A DNA stretch of 59,650 nucleotides from a virus (IMGVR_UViG_3300043431_000358:1-59650), one strand, 5' to 3'; positions 26,166 through 35,825 are shown, counted from the stretch's first letter. The notes: a model not told the origin generated them from the letters alone. Made by a program: numbers and translations.

Positions 26166-29100
26166 TGGATCCCGCAACCATTCTGTACATCGTCACGCTG
26201 ATCCTCAGCATCGCGCTGGCGCCCAAGCCAAAGGCCCCGAAGTCAGCGAGCATCGAGGACTTCAGCTTCCCCACCGCCGAGGAGGGCCGGGCAATCCCGG
26301 TGGTGTTCGGCGACATCGAGATCACCGGCCCCAATGTGCTGTGGTACGGCGATCTTTCGATCGTCCCAATCAAAAAGCGCGCGGGCTTCAAGAAGGCCAC
26401 GGTCGGCTTCAAGTACCACATCGGGTTCCACCTGGGTCTATGTCACGGTCCAGTGGACGCGGTCACCCGGGTGCGAGTGGACAAGAACATCGCCTGGACC
26501 GGGTCGATCACCAGCAACGACAGCGGCAGCATCGACCTCCCGGATCTCTTCGGCGGAGAGTCGCGTGGTGGCGGACTGTATGGCGAATTCGACATCGAGA
26601 TTGGCGCATCGACCCAGCCGGTGAGCACCTACCTGGACGCCCAGCAGGGCGCGAACGTGCCGGCCTACCGAGGCGTAACGTGCTTCGTCTGGAAGACGGG
26701 AGCCGGCACCTCAGGCGGTCCATTCGGTTTCTCTCGCCGGCTGGGGTACATCGGCAACTCAGAAGCTCTGCGGCCGTTCGGCGTGCGCGTCACGCGGATC
26801 CTGGCCGGCTGGGAGGGCTCGGTCTGGTACCCCGCCGCGGCCACGGTGGACGGCGCGATGAACCCCGCGCACATCATCTACCAGGTGCTCACCGATGGTG
26901 AGTGGGGCATGGGCATCTCCACCGCCCTGATCGATGAGGCCACATTCACCGAGGCCGCTGACACGTTCGTCGCAGAGAGTTTCGGACTGAACCTGATCTG
27001 GAACCAGACCAGCAGCATCGAGCAGTTCCTACAGGTCGTGCTGAACCACGTGAACGGCTCGCTGTCCCTGCGGCTGGATACGGGCAAGTACAGGCTGACA
27101 CTGTTCCGCGGCGGCTACGACGCTTCATCGCTGCCGCTGTTCGATCAGTCCACCGTGATCGACCTGCGCCGCTTCGAGCGCCGCGGCTGGGGCGAGACGG
27201 TCAATGAGGTGACCGTGATCTACACGGACCCGGCCTCGCTGGAGCCCACCGCAATCAGCGCTCAGGACCTGGGCAACGTGGACGCGCAGGGCAGCCGGAT
27301 CCCGGAGATCGTGGAGTTCCCGGGCATCCGCAACCACGACATCGCACGCGCGACCCTGGGCCGCGAGCTGGCCGCACGCTCGATGCCGCTGACCAAGATC
27401 CAGTTCACGATCAACCGCACCGCGTGGGACCTCAGCGTCAAGGACCTGTTCCGCTTCACCTGGCCGGAGCGAGACTGCACCGAGCGCGTGTTCCGCGCGC
27501 TGAAGATCGGCCGCGGGACGCTGCAGGACAACACCATCACGATCGAGGCCATCGAGGACATCTTCCAGTACAGCACCGGGACGGGCCTGTCCATCGTCCC
27601 GGCGCCAGGCGATACGGCCAACTTGGATACGCCTGAGCTTGACGACGACGATACGCCAGCCGTCATCAGCACCACCACCACCACGCCGCCCAGTGGCAGC
27701 CCAGGCCCGCAGAACGGAGACCGCTATTACGTGCCGGTCGGCGCCACTGGAGCATGGTCTGGGCATGCCGGACAGTTGGCTGAGTGGGACGAGGATGGCG
27801 GCGGTTGGGCATTCACAACCCTACCCGTTGGGACCATTTTCCAAGTGCTCGACACATCTCCACCGGACCAGCAACAGGTAGTTGGGTCAGGCCTGTCTTC
27901 CCTTGTTGACCTACTAGTTAGCGAAAAAGGCGACCTGCTAACTCACAACGGCTCGGAGCCGGTTACGTTGCCTGTTGTGGATGATGGTGACGTACTTGTC
28001 GCTAACTCATCTAAGCAAACAGGCCTTCAATGGAAGAGCAGCCGTGACGTATTTACGTCGCTGGTCTACAGCAAGGATATACAGCCATCTACGGACACGG
28101 TAGATAACAGTGTAAGCGAGGTGTCTTTTACCTCTATATCACCAGCGCTGCTCGGATCAGATGCGGCACCGCGTGCCGGCGACGTCATTGTCATCAAGGG
28201 TGCAGGAACATATGGAACAACAGGAACGCCAACGCTAAACCTGAAGGTGAAACTAGGTACAGTTGTACTGGCCTCTACCGGCGCCATAACAATGGGCAGC
28301 AGCATATCCAATAGAGGTTTCTCTTTCGAGGTGAAAGTAACGCTGATGAGCGTTGGCGCAGCCGGTACTGTTGAGGCTCACGGTTGCGTGACGTTCTCAA
28401 CAGCATCGGCTACCTCAGCACTAGTGTCACTATTCAGCACTGCGCCGATTGCGGTAGATACTAATGTAGCATCGTCTGTATCAGTTACTGCTCAGTGGGG
28501 CACAGCTAGCGCATCTAACACAATCACTTTGCGACAGTTGTACATTGAGTACCTTAACATTAGGACAAGTGACGCATCTGTTTTATTCGTTGACGCATCT
28601 GGTACAACGATACAGACATCATCGACAACCGTGTCAGAAACTATCCCATTGACCACGTCAGTAGGAGACCTGTTACTAGCGTTTATTATGCACAGGTCGT
28701 CTGCAACGCCGCCCAGCGGGTGGACCTTGGTAGCTTCTGCGACTTGCACATCACCGTTGACGCAGAGTACATCGGTCTACAAACGAACAGCATCAAGTGG
28801 CGATGCAGGCGCATCAGTAACATGGACACAGTCATCGGCAGGACGGATTATTGCGCACCTTAATTGCTACAGGGGGACGCTGTCTCCTGCCGACGTCGTT
28901 GCATACGCAACTACAAGTCAAAACAGTGTAGATACAAATATCTTGCCGTGGGCAAATGTCGTCGCAACCGCGGATGGACAAATAGGAGTGGCGGCGTCTA
29001 GTTGCATACTTGCACATACTGGCGGTGCTGCCACAACTATGAGCGCATCGTCTGGGACTATGTCATCGCCCGCGAGTGCAATAGACAACAGGATGGCAGT

Positions 29101-29209
29101 AGCAAGGTTGGCGAGGAACAATGGGCAGACGCTTGGAGGCCAGTTCACAGATAACCTAGTAAGCCCAACAGGAAACGCTAATGCATCTGTGTCCGTTGTG
29201 GTAGGGTGA
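26165..29209 (+). CDS. Tail tip / host-specificity protein with DUF2793-like segment and divergent C-terminus
   Basis: PTAEEGR.IPVVFG, PAYRG, MNPAHII, NEVTV.Y; GDRYYVP.GATGAW.GH.GQLA.W. Confidence 0.85.
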   Translation: MDPATILYIVTLILSIALAPKPKAPKSASIEDFSFPTAEEGRAIPVVFGDIEITGPNVLWYGDLSIVPIKKRAGFKKATVGFKYHIGFHLGLCHGPVDAVTRVRVDKNIAWTGSITSNDSGSIDLPDLFGGESRGGGLYGEFDIEIGASTQPVSTYLDAQQGANVPAYRGVTCFVWKTGAGTSGGPFGFSRRLGYIGNSEALRPFGVRVTRILAGWEGSVWYPAAATVDGAMNPAHIIYQVLTDGEWGMGISTALIDEATFTEAADTFVAESFGLNLIWNQTSSIEQFLQVVLNHVNGSLSLRLDTGKYRLTLFRGGYDASSLPLFDQSTVIDLRRFERRGWGETVNEVTVIYTDPASLEPTAISAQDLGNVDAQGSRIPEIVEFPGIRNHDIARATLGRELAARSMPLTKIQFTINRTAWDLSVKDLFRFTWPERDCTERVFRALKIGRGTLQDNTITIEAIEDIFQYSTGTGLSIVPAPGDTANLDTPELDDDDTPAVISTTTTTPPSGSPGPQNGDRYYVPVGATGAWSGHAGQLAEWDEDGGGWAFTTLPVGTIFQVLDTSPPDQQQVVGSGLSSLVDLLVSEKGDLLTHNGSEPVTLPVVDDGDVLVANSSKQTGLQWKSSRDVFTSLVYSKDIQPSTDTVDNSVSEVSFTSISPALLGSDAAPRAGDVIVIKGAGTYGTTGTPTLNLKVKLGTVVLASTGAITMGSSISNRGFSFEVKVTLMSVGAAGTVEAHGCVTFSTASATSALVSLFSTAPIAVDTNVASSVSVTAQWGTASASNTITLRQLYIEYLNIRTSDASVLFVDASGTTIQTSSTTVSETIPLTTSVGDLLLAFIMHRSSATPPSGWTLVASATCTSPLTQSTSVYKRTASSGDAGASVTWTQSSAGRIIAHLNCYRGTLSPADVVAYATTSQNSVDTNILPWANVVATADGQIGVAASSCILAHTGGAATTMSASSGTMSSPASAIDNRMAVARLARNNGQTLGGQFTDNLVSPTGNANASVSVVVG

Positions 29210-29260
29210 CGGTTGTAATGCCGTTTTAGTGAACTACTCTGAAAAGTGAAAGAGGATCGA

Positions 29261-29404
29261 ATGCTGACATCGATACTTACCAACGTGGTAGTGGCGCTGG
29301 TTGCAGGTGCTTGGGTTGCTTACCGTGTGAGGCCTCAAGGCCAGTCTATGGTTGGGACATTCAAGGTCTTGATCATGGGGCCGCAGCCAACCGTCCCAAA
29401 GTGA
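29261..29404 (+). CDS. Small single-TM membrane protein (47 aa, below the ORF-track cutoff)
   Basis: MLTSILTNVVVALVAGAWVAYRVRP...; gagga RBS; stop overlaps next GTG. Confidence 0.5.
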   Translation: MLTSILTNVVVALVAGAWVAYRVRPQGQSMVGTFKVLIMGPQPTVPK

Positions 29405-29778
29405 AGGTAGCGCCGCTGTGGCTGCTGCTGGCCGGGATGGCCGCGCAGTTCCTCTGGCAGTGGGCTCCGACGTGGGCCCAGGCGGACGCATGGAACGCTG
29501 CCGGCGCCATCTTCATCGCGCTCCTGCTGGGCGTGCTTGCGGTCGCATACCATCGAGCAAAGGAGATGCTGCTGGTGTGCGGCTACCTGGCGGTGCTCTG
29601 GCTCCTGACGGCCGGCTGCAGCCTGCTGTGGCTCAAAGAACAATGGGAGGTGTCGCCTGGCCAGGACCAGTGCGATGCCCAATTCAAGTTTCCGCTCTCG
29701 GTCATTGGCCTGTTCATTGGGCTCGTGTTGTTGATCCGCATCCGGAGCGCACCTGATGGACAAGGTTCCAAGCATTGA
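29401..29778 (+). CDS. Multi-TM membrane protein (lysis cassette)
   Basis: About four hydrophobic segments; GTG start. Confidence 0.6.
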   Translation: MKVAPLWLLLAGMAAQFLWQWAPTWAQADAWNAAGAIFIALLLGVLAVAYHRAKEMLLVCGYLAVLWLLTAGCSLLWLKEQWEVSPGQDQCDAQFKFPLSVIGLFIGLVLLIRIRSAPDGQGSKH

Positions 29779-30154
29779 GAACGTGGCCATTGGCCTCGCG
29801 GTCTGGGCAACCGGAACGGTCATCGGGCCCTACCTCGGGGCCTACATCCTCATCGTGTTCGGCTGGTTCTTCGGCGTGCTGGTGGGGGTTTGGCGGCTGA
29901 AGTTCGAGCCGGCCGACCATTACAGGCGCATCAAGGCGGCCTGGTTCGTGGCGGTGTCGTTCGGGGTCACGGTGGGTGGAGCCAGCCTGGTTGCCAACTG
30001 GCTTGCGCCGCACCTGCACCGCACCCCGTTTGAACTACTCTTCTTCGCGGCATTCGGGATCCCGGCTGTCGGGCACACGTGGATCACAATCGCCAGGTGG
30101 GTCGGTGGCCTGGTGAGACGCCGCTTCGACCAGCGTTTCAGGGAGCCCCAATGA
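29756..30154 (+). CDS. Putative holin
   Basis: 3-4 TM segments, basic C-terminus, upstream of endolysin. Confidence 0.55.
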   Translation: MDKVPSIENVAIGLAVWATGTVIGPYLGAYILIVFGWFFGVLVGVWRLKFEPADHYRRIKAAWFVAVSFGVTVGGASLVANWLAPHLHRTPFELLFFAAFGIPAVGHTWITIARWVGGLVRRRFDQRFREPQ

Positions 30155-30501
30155 ACCTTTCCGACTTCATCACCCCGCTGGCGCTGCTGACCATGGTGGT
30201 CGCGGCGGCCGGCATCTGGTCATTGATCTGCAGGATCACGGTCATGCGACCGGGCGAGACCCGCGTGCAGGTGGTCATCCAGCACTTCGTCCTGGCCATC
30301 GGCCTCTTCTCGAACCTGGTCTGGTCCGTGAACTGGGAACTCTTCAGGGAGTTCGGCGCCGGCGGCTGGGTGGTCGACCTGCTGTCGCGACGCGAGGTGG
30401 GCGACCTGGTGCTGGTCACCAGCGTGCTGGTGTTCCTGCTCATGAGCGCGCACAGGTGGCGCTGGCGGGCCCCCGATGGCACGCAGCGGGGCCGGGCATG
30501 A
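30151..30501 (+). CDS. Putative holin/antiholin-like membrane protein
   Basis: 3 TM segments, ATGA-coupled to endolysin. Confidence 0.55.
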   Translation: MNLSDFITPLALLTMVVAAAGIWSLICRITVMRPGETRVQVVIQHFVLAIGLFSNLVWSVNWELFREFGAGGWVVDLLSRREVGDLVLVTSVLVFLLMSAHRWRWRAPDGTQRGRA

Positions 30502-30974
30502 GCGAGCCGAGCTGGCTGGCCAACGCCAGGCTGGATCTGGGCCTGAGCGAGGTGCCGGGCGCCGCCAGCGCGCCGGCGATCGTGCGGATGTGGCAGTTGG
30601 TCAAGGCCCCCTTCAGCGACGACGCGACCCCCTGGTGCGGCGGGGCCTGCGGCGCCTGGTTCACCCGGGCCGGGTACGCGCCGCCGGCGGCCTGCTGGCG
30701 GGCCAAGAACTGGCTGGACTGGGGCCGGCCGCTCACCGAGCCCGTGCTGGGCTGCGTGGTGGTCTTCGGTCGGGACGGCGGTGGCCACGTGGCGCTGGCC
30801 GTGGGCCGCAACGAGCGCGGTGGCCTGGTGTGCCTGGGCGGGAACCAGGGAGACTGCGTGTCGATCGCGGCTTTCTCCTTCGACCGCGTGCTGGGATACC
30901 GGGTGCCGGTGGGCGACCGCAAGTACGACCCGCTACCGATGCTCAACGCCGACTTCAGCCGGAGCGAGGCTTGA
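30498..30974 (+). CDS. Endolysin, TIGR02594-like NlpC/P60-CHAP family
   Basis: DD.TPWCG, A..WL.WG, GCVVVF.R.GGGHV, LGGNQGD.V. Confidence 0.85.
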   Translation: MSEPSWLANARLDLGLSEVPGAASAPAIVRMWQLVKAPFSDDATPWCGGACGAWFTRAGYAPPAACWRAKNWLDWGRPLTEPVLGCVVVFGRDGGGHVALAVGRNERGGLVCLGGNQGDCVSIAAFSFDRVLGYRVPVGDRKYDPLPMLNADFSRSEA

Positions 30975-31420
30975 ACGGCCACGCCGTGCTGGGCGGCCTG
31001 CTGGTGGTGCTGGGCGCGGCCGGCCTGGGCGGCTGGGCCGGGTGGGACTGGCGCGATGCCCGCGCCCAGCGCGAGCGCGTGGCCGCGGTGGAAGATTCCC
31101 AGCGAGAAGAGGCGGCCCTGCGCGGCCGCATGGAGGAAAGCCATGAACGAGCGCTTGAAGAGCTGGCGCGCCTGCGCATTGACCGCGCCGCTGCTGATGC
31201 TGCTGGCCGTGACCTGCGGGTGCGGCTCGGCGCCGCCGTTGCCGCTGCCCGTGCCGCCGCTGCCGCCGGAAGCGCGCCAGCCGGCGATCCCATCGGAGTG
31301 CTCGCCGACGTGCTTGTCCGCGCTGACGACCGCGCGGCAGTCCTGGCTGACTTCGCCGACCGATCCCGTGCCGCCGGCCTTGCCTGCGAGCGATCCTTCG
31401 ACGCGTTGAAGCGGCGCTAG
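30971..31420 (+). CDS. Rz: Inner-membrane spanin (Rz-like)
   Basis: N-terminal TM, coiled coil, AD....AG.ACE..FDAL end; TTG start. Confidence 0.8.
   Translation: MNGHAVLGGLLVVLGAAGLGGWAGWDWRDARAQRERVAAVEDSQREEAALRGRMEESHERALEELARLRIDRAAADAAGRDLRVRLGAAVAAARAAAAAGSAPAGDPIGVLADVLVRADDRAAVLADFADRSRAAGLACERSFDALKRR
31143..31409 (+). CDS. Rz1: Outer-membrane lipoprotein spanin (Rz1-like), nested in Rz
   Basis: Signal peptide with lipobox-like Cys (LLAVTCGC), Pro-rich mature part, alternative frame inside Rz. Confidence 0.75.
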   Translation: MNERLKSWRACALTAPLLMLLAVTCGCGSAPPLPLPVPPLPPEARQPAIPSECSPTCLSALTTARQSWLTSPTDPVPPALPASDPSTR

Positions 31421-31421
31421 G

Positions 31422-32087
31422 TCAGCGCTTTCCGTAGACGGCTTCGCACACGGCCTGGCACTTGTCCAGGCTGAAGCGGTTGTCGTCGTCGCGCACGCCG
31501 GTCTCCATGTCGATCCAGTAGGTGAGGTCGCGCGAGCCGGCGATGGCCTCGACGTGCTGGGCGACGTTGTCGGGACCGAGTCCACCAGCGAACCCGATGC
31601 GGCGGCCGGCTGGCGGGTGGGCCGGCCACGAAGCCGGGACCTTGCCGCGCCCGCCGCTCTTGTCGAACAGCCAGTCAACAGGACCAGCACTTGGCCACCC
31701 TTCGGCGCACTGCATGATCGGCGTGAGGCTCCGGCACATCGCCCACTCATGAACCTTTTTCCATGCGTGCACCGGCGCGCCGTTGATCTGGGCCCGGCCG
31801 AAGCTGTAGATCAGCATCTCGTCCAGTTCGACCACCAGGGCGTGGCCATCGACGACGTGCAGGGCGTGGTCTCCGCACAGGTGGGCGGCCATGCGGTGCC
31901 AATCGCGGATCTTCAGGAGCCGGCGCACGAACGGCATCTCCGGGTAGCGGTTGTCAATGCCTTGGCGCTTGCGGCTGAACAAGATCCCCCACTCGATGGG
32001 GTACAGCTTCTGCAGCTCCAGCATGCGGCCAGTGTCCGTCCATTGATCGACGCCGGTGAAGGTGATGAAGGCTGGTAGGGTGGTCAA
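31422..32087 (-). CDS. Phosphoribosylanthranilate-isomerase (TrpF)-like TIM-barrel protein
   Basis: LFDKSGGRG, GFAGGLGPDNV, WIDMETGVR motifs. Confidence 0.7.
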   Translation of the reverse strand: MTTLPAFITFTGVDQWTDTGRMLELQKLYPIEWGILFSRKRQGIDNRYPEMPFVRRLLKIRDWHRMAAHLCGDHALHVVDGHALVVELDEMLIYSFGRAQINGAPVHAWKKVHEWAMCRSLTPIMQCAEGWPSAGPVDWLFDKSGGRGKVPASWPAHPPAGRRIGFAGGLGPDNVAQHVEAIAGSRDLTYWIDMETGVRDDDNRFSLDKCQAVCEAVYGKR

Positions 32088-32175
32088 TTACGGTCCTTTC
32101 GTTCGGGCCAGTAGATTTCGATGAGGATCAGCGCCACCAGCACGAGGGCGGCGATGGGGAGCCAGCCGGAGCGCT

Positions 32176-32517
32176 TCACAGCTCACCTGACGCGGCCGCA
32201 TCGACGCGCACACCGACATAGGCCGCAGCGCGCACGATGGCGCGGCACAAGGCCGGCCCGCAGTCTTCGCCGGCAGCGATGTGCTCATCGCACCATGCGA
32301 TGCGGTCCTCAGCCCGCGCCGAAGCGCCGCACGCCGTGATGACGATGCTCATGCGTAGCTCCAGCGCCAGGTCGGTGGCGTCGCCCTTGTCTTCCAGTGG
32401 GCGCCACCGGCGCATCCCCTCACCGCCTTCGTCGATGCACATGCCCAGCCCGATGTACCACTCGGCGCCATTCCTGGCAGCCTTCGAGGCCAGTTCCAGC
32501 AGTTCGCGGTCGGTCAT
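32176..32517 (-). CDS. Conserved phage hypothetical protein
   Basis: MTDRELLELA.KA...W.PL.D.GDA..LA..L...RAIVRAAA pattern common in phages. Confidence 0.7.
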   Translation of the reverse strand: MTDRELLELASKAARNGAEWYIGLGMCIDEGGEGMRRWRPLEDKGDATDLALELRMSIVITACGASARAEDRIAWCDEHIAAGEDCGPALCRAIVRAAAYVGVRVDAAASGEL

Positions 32518-32708
32518 GGTTCTTCTCCTGAAGGTTCGGCCGCCTCGCTGGCGGCCAGCATGTCGTGGATGTCGATCGGCTGCTGCGGCAGGTCGCCCCA
32601 CAGGTACTGCCGGCGCCGCAGCGCGATCTGGCTGGCCTTCTGTTCTGTTGACTCGCGCGCTGCGTCTGCGCGCTCCATGGCGTTGGCTGTTTCGTCTATC
32701 GGCATCAC
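32514..32708 (-). CDS. Hypothetical protein
   Basis: Coupled to both neighbours. Confidence 0.5.
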   Translation of the reverse strand: MMPIDETANAMERADAARESTEQKASQIALRRRQYLWGDLPQQPIDIHDMLAASEAAEPSGEEP

Positions 32709-34078
32709 GCCTCCCCAAGCAGCTTGCGTGCGCTGGCCTCGACGGTGAGCCTGGCACTGCGCGTACCAGATTGCTCACCGTGCCCGTTGAGGTAGTCGCT
32801 TACCAGTTCACCCGAGTAGGACTCCATCAGCAGCATGTGCTCCGCCAGCATGGCGTCGGTGTCGCGCGGGGCTGGTGCATCAACCGGAGCGCCGCACGTC
32901 ACGCACGCGGCCAGGCCGGCTTCGTCTGCGCTGAGATCGCCAGAGAGCCCCGGATCGGCATCGAAGGCTGCGCCCAGGTCGGTCATGAGTGAGCCACCGA
33001 AAACGCTGTCGAACCGGGCCTGTCGCTCCGTGCCGGTCAGGTGCTCCTCGACATCTGCGTTGCGGCCTGTGGCCATCTCGTAGAGCACCTTCATTCGAGA
33101 AACCAGCGTGCCAAGGCGAACGCCTTTCCGCATGGGCCCGTGGCCCACCACAACATCACACGGGAGCGGCCAGTCCATCGGATCCTGAGCATCCGCGGCT
33201 GGCGGCATTGAGGAGGCGGCTGGCGTGGCGGGTGCAGTTGCCGGTGCGACTGGCCCAGGGTTGGCAGCCCTGAACGCCTCGTACTCTGCCACCTCCTTGT
33301 CGAACAGCGCCTGCCCGCCGATGGCAACGTCATCAGCGCCCGGGAGATGGCCTGGACCGGCAAGCGTGTTGACGATCCAATGCATGCCGTGATGCGGGCC
33401 GTGGCGGTGACAGTCGGCCAGTGCAGCCCGCATGGCAAGGATGTTCCGGTGCAGCGCATCTCCGAACGTGAGCGCTCGGCGCTCCGACTTCGCGCCCTCT
33501 GCCTCCAGCGAGGTAATGCGCGCAGTCAGCGCCGCCACCTCTGCGCCCCATTCCTTGCGCATGTCCGCGATGCGGTTGCGCTCTTCCACCAGGTCGGCCT
33601 CCAGCCCGGCGACAAGCGCATCCCGCGCGGCTATGGCGGCCTGGGCGTCGCGCTGGCTGACGAGGCCATCGAACCGCCTGTCCGGCCGGATGCGGCGCTT
33701 GTGTGCAAGTATCTCGTCGTCGCCAAGGTCGACCACTGGCATGCGTACGTCGCCGTCCTCGTCCACCGGCTCGTCAGGCGAGTAGATCGCCACCACCGGC
33801 AGCGCGGCATCGCCAGCGGGCTGCGCGGGCAGGCCCCAGCGCGCCCGCATGTCGGCCGCAAGCTGCGGGTGCGTGGCCGCTACAGCGCCTGCGTACGTGG
33901 CCAGCGCCACGGCGGCGTGCTTGTCGTGCGTCACGTCCAGAACGAAGTAGTCGCAGCCGTGGTGCTTTCCGCCGGGCGCGCTGCTGCCGTCCGTGCGCTC
34001 GATCCTGAACTTGCCGTAGAGGCCATACTGGGCGTTCGTCTTCGTCGGGTCTCGGTCAGGTAGCTGGTCGTTGCTCAT
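32705..34078 (-). CDS. Mosaic (Ead/Ea22-like) hypothetical protein
   Basis: Patchwork of small phage domains (GLYGKF...RTDG...YFVLD, coiled coil, WPLPCDV.VG). Confidence 0.6.
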   Translation of the reverse strand: MSNDQLPDRDPTKTNAQYGLYGKFRIERTDGSSAPGGKHHGCDYFVLDVTHDKHAAVALATYAGAVAATHPQLAADMRARWGLPAQPAGDAALPVVAIYSPDEPVDEDGDVRMPVVDLGDDEILAHKRRIRPDRRFDGLVSQRDAQAAIAARDALVAGLEADLVEERNRIADMRKEWGAEVAALTARITSLEAEGAKSERRALTFGDALHRNILAMRAALADCHRHGPHHGMHWIVNTLAGPGHLPGADDVAIGGQALFDKEVAEYEAFRAANPGPVAPATAPATPAASSMPPAADAQDPMDWPLPCDVVVGHGPMRKGVRLGTLVSRMKVLYEMATGRNADVEEHLTGTERQARFDSVFGGSLMTDLGAAFDADPGLSGDLSADEAGLAACVTCGAPVDAPAPRDTDAMLAEHMLLMESYSGELVSDYLNGHGEQSGTRSARLTVEASARKLLGEA

Positions 34079-34292
34079 ACGGTTCTTTCGTTGGGTTGAT
34101 GCCGGCCAGCTTCTTCTCCAGCGCCACGGCTGCGTCCTCAAGCGCCAGCGCCACGTAGGCATCGCCCAGCCGGACGCGAGGCTTGTCTTTGGAGCGCTTG
34201 CGCACGTCGTGCAACTTGGCGCGCAGGGCCCTTGCAGCCTCGGCCAGGTCGTGCCTGGCCAGCTCGGCCTCGGGTTGGTCCAGACGGATCAT
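34056..34292 (-). CDS. Hypothetical protein
   Basis: Fills gap in leftward operon. Confidence 0.5.
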   Translation of the reverse strand: MIRLDQPEAELARHDLAEAARALRAKLHDVRKRSKDKPRVRLGDAYVALALEDAAVALEKKLAGINPTKEPYEQRPAT

Positions 34293-34663
34293 GTGGTGTA
34301 GGCGAACTCGATGCGGGTGATGGTGGTCTCGGGCGTGCAGCCGCGGTGCGTGGCGCAGAACATGGCCACGAACTCGGCTGGCGCGTGCTTGGGGTGCGGC
34401 CCCGGGAAACCCTCCAGCGTGGTTTCCTTGAAGCCGTAGACGGGGTCCGTCGCCATCAGCAGCAGCGGCTCGCGCCGCACGTCGATGATGCGGATGGGAC
34501 CACCCAGGCGCACGATCTTCTCGCCCGGCCGAAGGCCCATACCCTTGCGCACCGGCTGCACCAGGTGGCCACGCTGCAGCATGAGCCAGCCCAGACGGCG
34601 CGTCACGCTTTTGGTCTGTTGCAGCACCTGCTGCTCCGTCAGGGCAAAGCTCATGTTGCGCAT
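34289..34663 (-). CDS. ASCH/PUA-like domain protein
   Basis: MSF.LT..Q.....K.VTRR.GW, EGFP, TRIEF.Y. Confidence 0.75.
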   Translation of the reverse strand: MRNMSFALTEQQVLQQTKSVTRRLGWLMLQRGHLVQPVRKGMGLRPGEKIVRLGGPIRIIDVRREPLLLMATDPVYGFKETTLEGFPGPHPKHAPAEFVAMFCATHRGCTPETTITRIEFAYTT

Positions 34664-34674
34664 GGCTGGTCCGC

Positions 34675-35010
34675 TCAGCTTTCCAGGGGATCGTTCTCGG
34701 TATCCACCGGCGCGGCAGGTGCCCCAGCCAGCAGCTTCACGAAGGGCCACTTCGTCTTCACGAACACCGCGTTGATGTGGGAGCCCTTCGAGTCCGCCGC
34801 CTCCAGCGCAGCGAAGTGCTCGGGCGTCACGCGCGGGTACTCGTAGGTGTAGTCCCCGGGAACCATGGTGGCGGGGTTCTTGAACCTCACGGCCAGCGTC
34901 TGGGTATCGGGCGCCCAGCCGTAGCCGTGGATCTTGGCTGACAGCGGGGTCAGCGTCAGTGCGATAGCCGAATGCTTCATGGCCTCGGGGTTGGTGGTCG
35001 GTGCGTTCAT
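34675..35010 (-). CDS. KTSC domain protein
   Basis: S..I...GW......L.VRF, YEY..V......L..ADSKG..IN. Confidence 0.8.
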   Translation of the reverse strand: MNAPTTNPEAMKHSAIALTLTPLSAKIHGYGWAPDTQTLAVRFKNPATMVPGDYTYEYPRVTPEHFAALEAADSKGSHINAVFVKTKWPFVKLLAGAPAAPVDTENDPLES

Positions 35011-35069
35011 TGGATCTCCTGCGTGGTGGTGGAAAAGTGCCGCGCTCATGGGCGCGCGGCTTGCCCTGT

Positions 35070-35825
35070 TTACTTGGGGCCGCGGCCCTTGGTCTTGGCG
35101 CGCTCGTTCGCCCGGATGGCCCGGCCGATGCGGCTCTCCAGGTGCTTGTCAAGCGCAGGCGCGTCGCCGGGCTCATCGCTCATCGGCTTCTCGCCGTGGA
35201 CGTCCAGGAAGGCCCCGGTGGGGTCCGCGGGCTTCTCCTCGTCCGCCGGGTCAACGATCAGCGCGCCCTGGGCGCTGTGGACCGGAGCGCCGCTGAGCTT
35301 CTCCTGCGTGTTGTCGGACTGGGGCGAACTCATCAGCGTCATCAGCACGTCATGCTTGACCAGGCAGCCCAGCGCGCCCAACGTCTCCGGGTCGAGGTGC
35401 GACACCTGCGCCCGGAAGTCGATATCCACTGTGCCGCCCTCCTTCGCATCGATCCTGAACGCACCGATGGTGCAGGTGTTCAGGTTGAGGTTGCTGGAAC
35501 CACCCATGCCGTAGTCGATGACGATGTCTCGGCCAACGTACTCGCGGCTCAGGTCGATCGGCATGGCGATGGATGGGCACCGAAGCATGGGCCGCTCTGC
35601 CACGGGCTCAACTCCATCCAGCTCCGGCTCATCTTCATCGCCATCGGCCGCTGGTTTGTAGAGACCGAACAGCAGCCCGCCATCGAACATCGCCAACGCT
35701 CGGTTGCTGCACGTCAGACGGAAACCGATGTCGGCCGCCGGCACCTTCTCCTTGCCGTGCACCTCGGCGCGGATGTTGACCGACTTGACGAGTACGGTGG
35801 TGAACGTGGGAAGAGTGAAACTCAT
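35070..35825 (-). CDS. Conserved phage hypothetical protein
   Basis: VN.R.E.HG...VPA.D and KEGGTV...FR motifs; gaaagg RBS. Confidence 0.65.
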   Translation of the reverse strand: MSFTLPTFTTVLVKSVNIRAEVHGKEKVPAADIGFRLTCSNRALAMFDGGLLFGLYKPAADGDEDEPELDGVEPVAERPMLRCPSIAMPIDLSREYVGRDIVIDYGMGGSSNLNLNTCTIGAFRIDAKEGGTVDIDFRAQVSHLDPETLGALGCLVKHDVLMTLMSSPQSDNTQEKLSGAPVHSAQGALIVDPADEEKPADPTGAFLDVHGEKPMSDEPGDAPALDKHLESRIGRAIRANERAKTKGRGPK

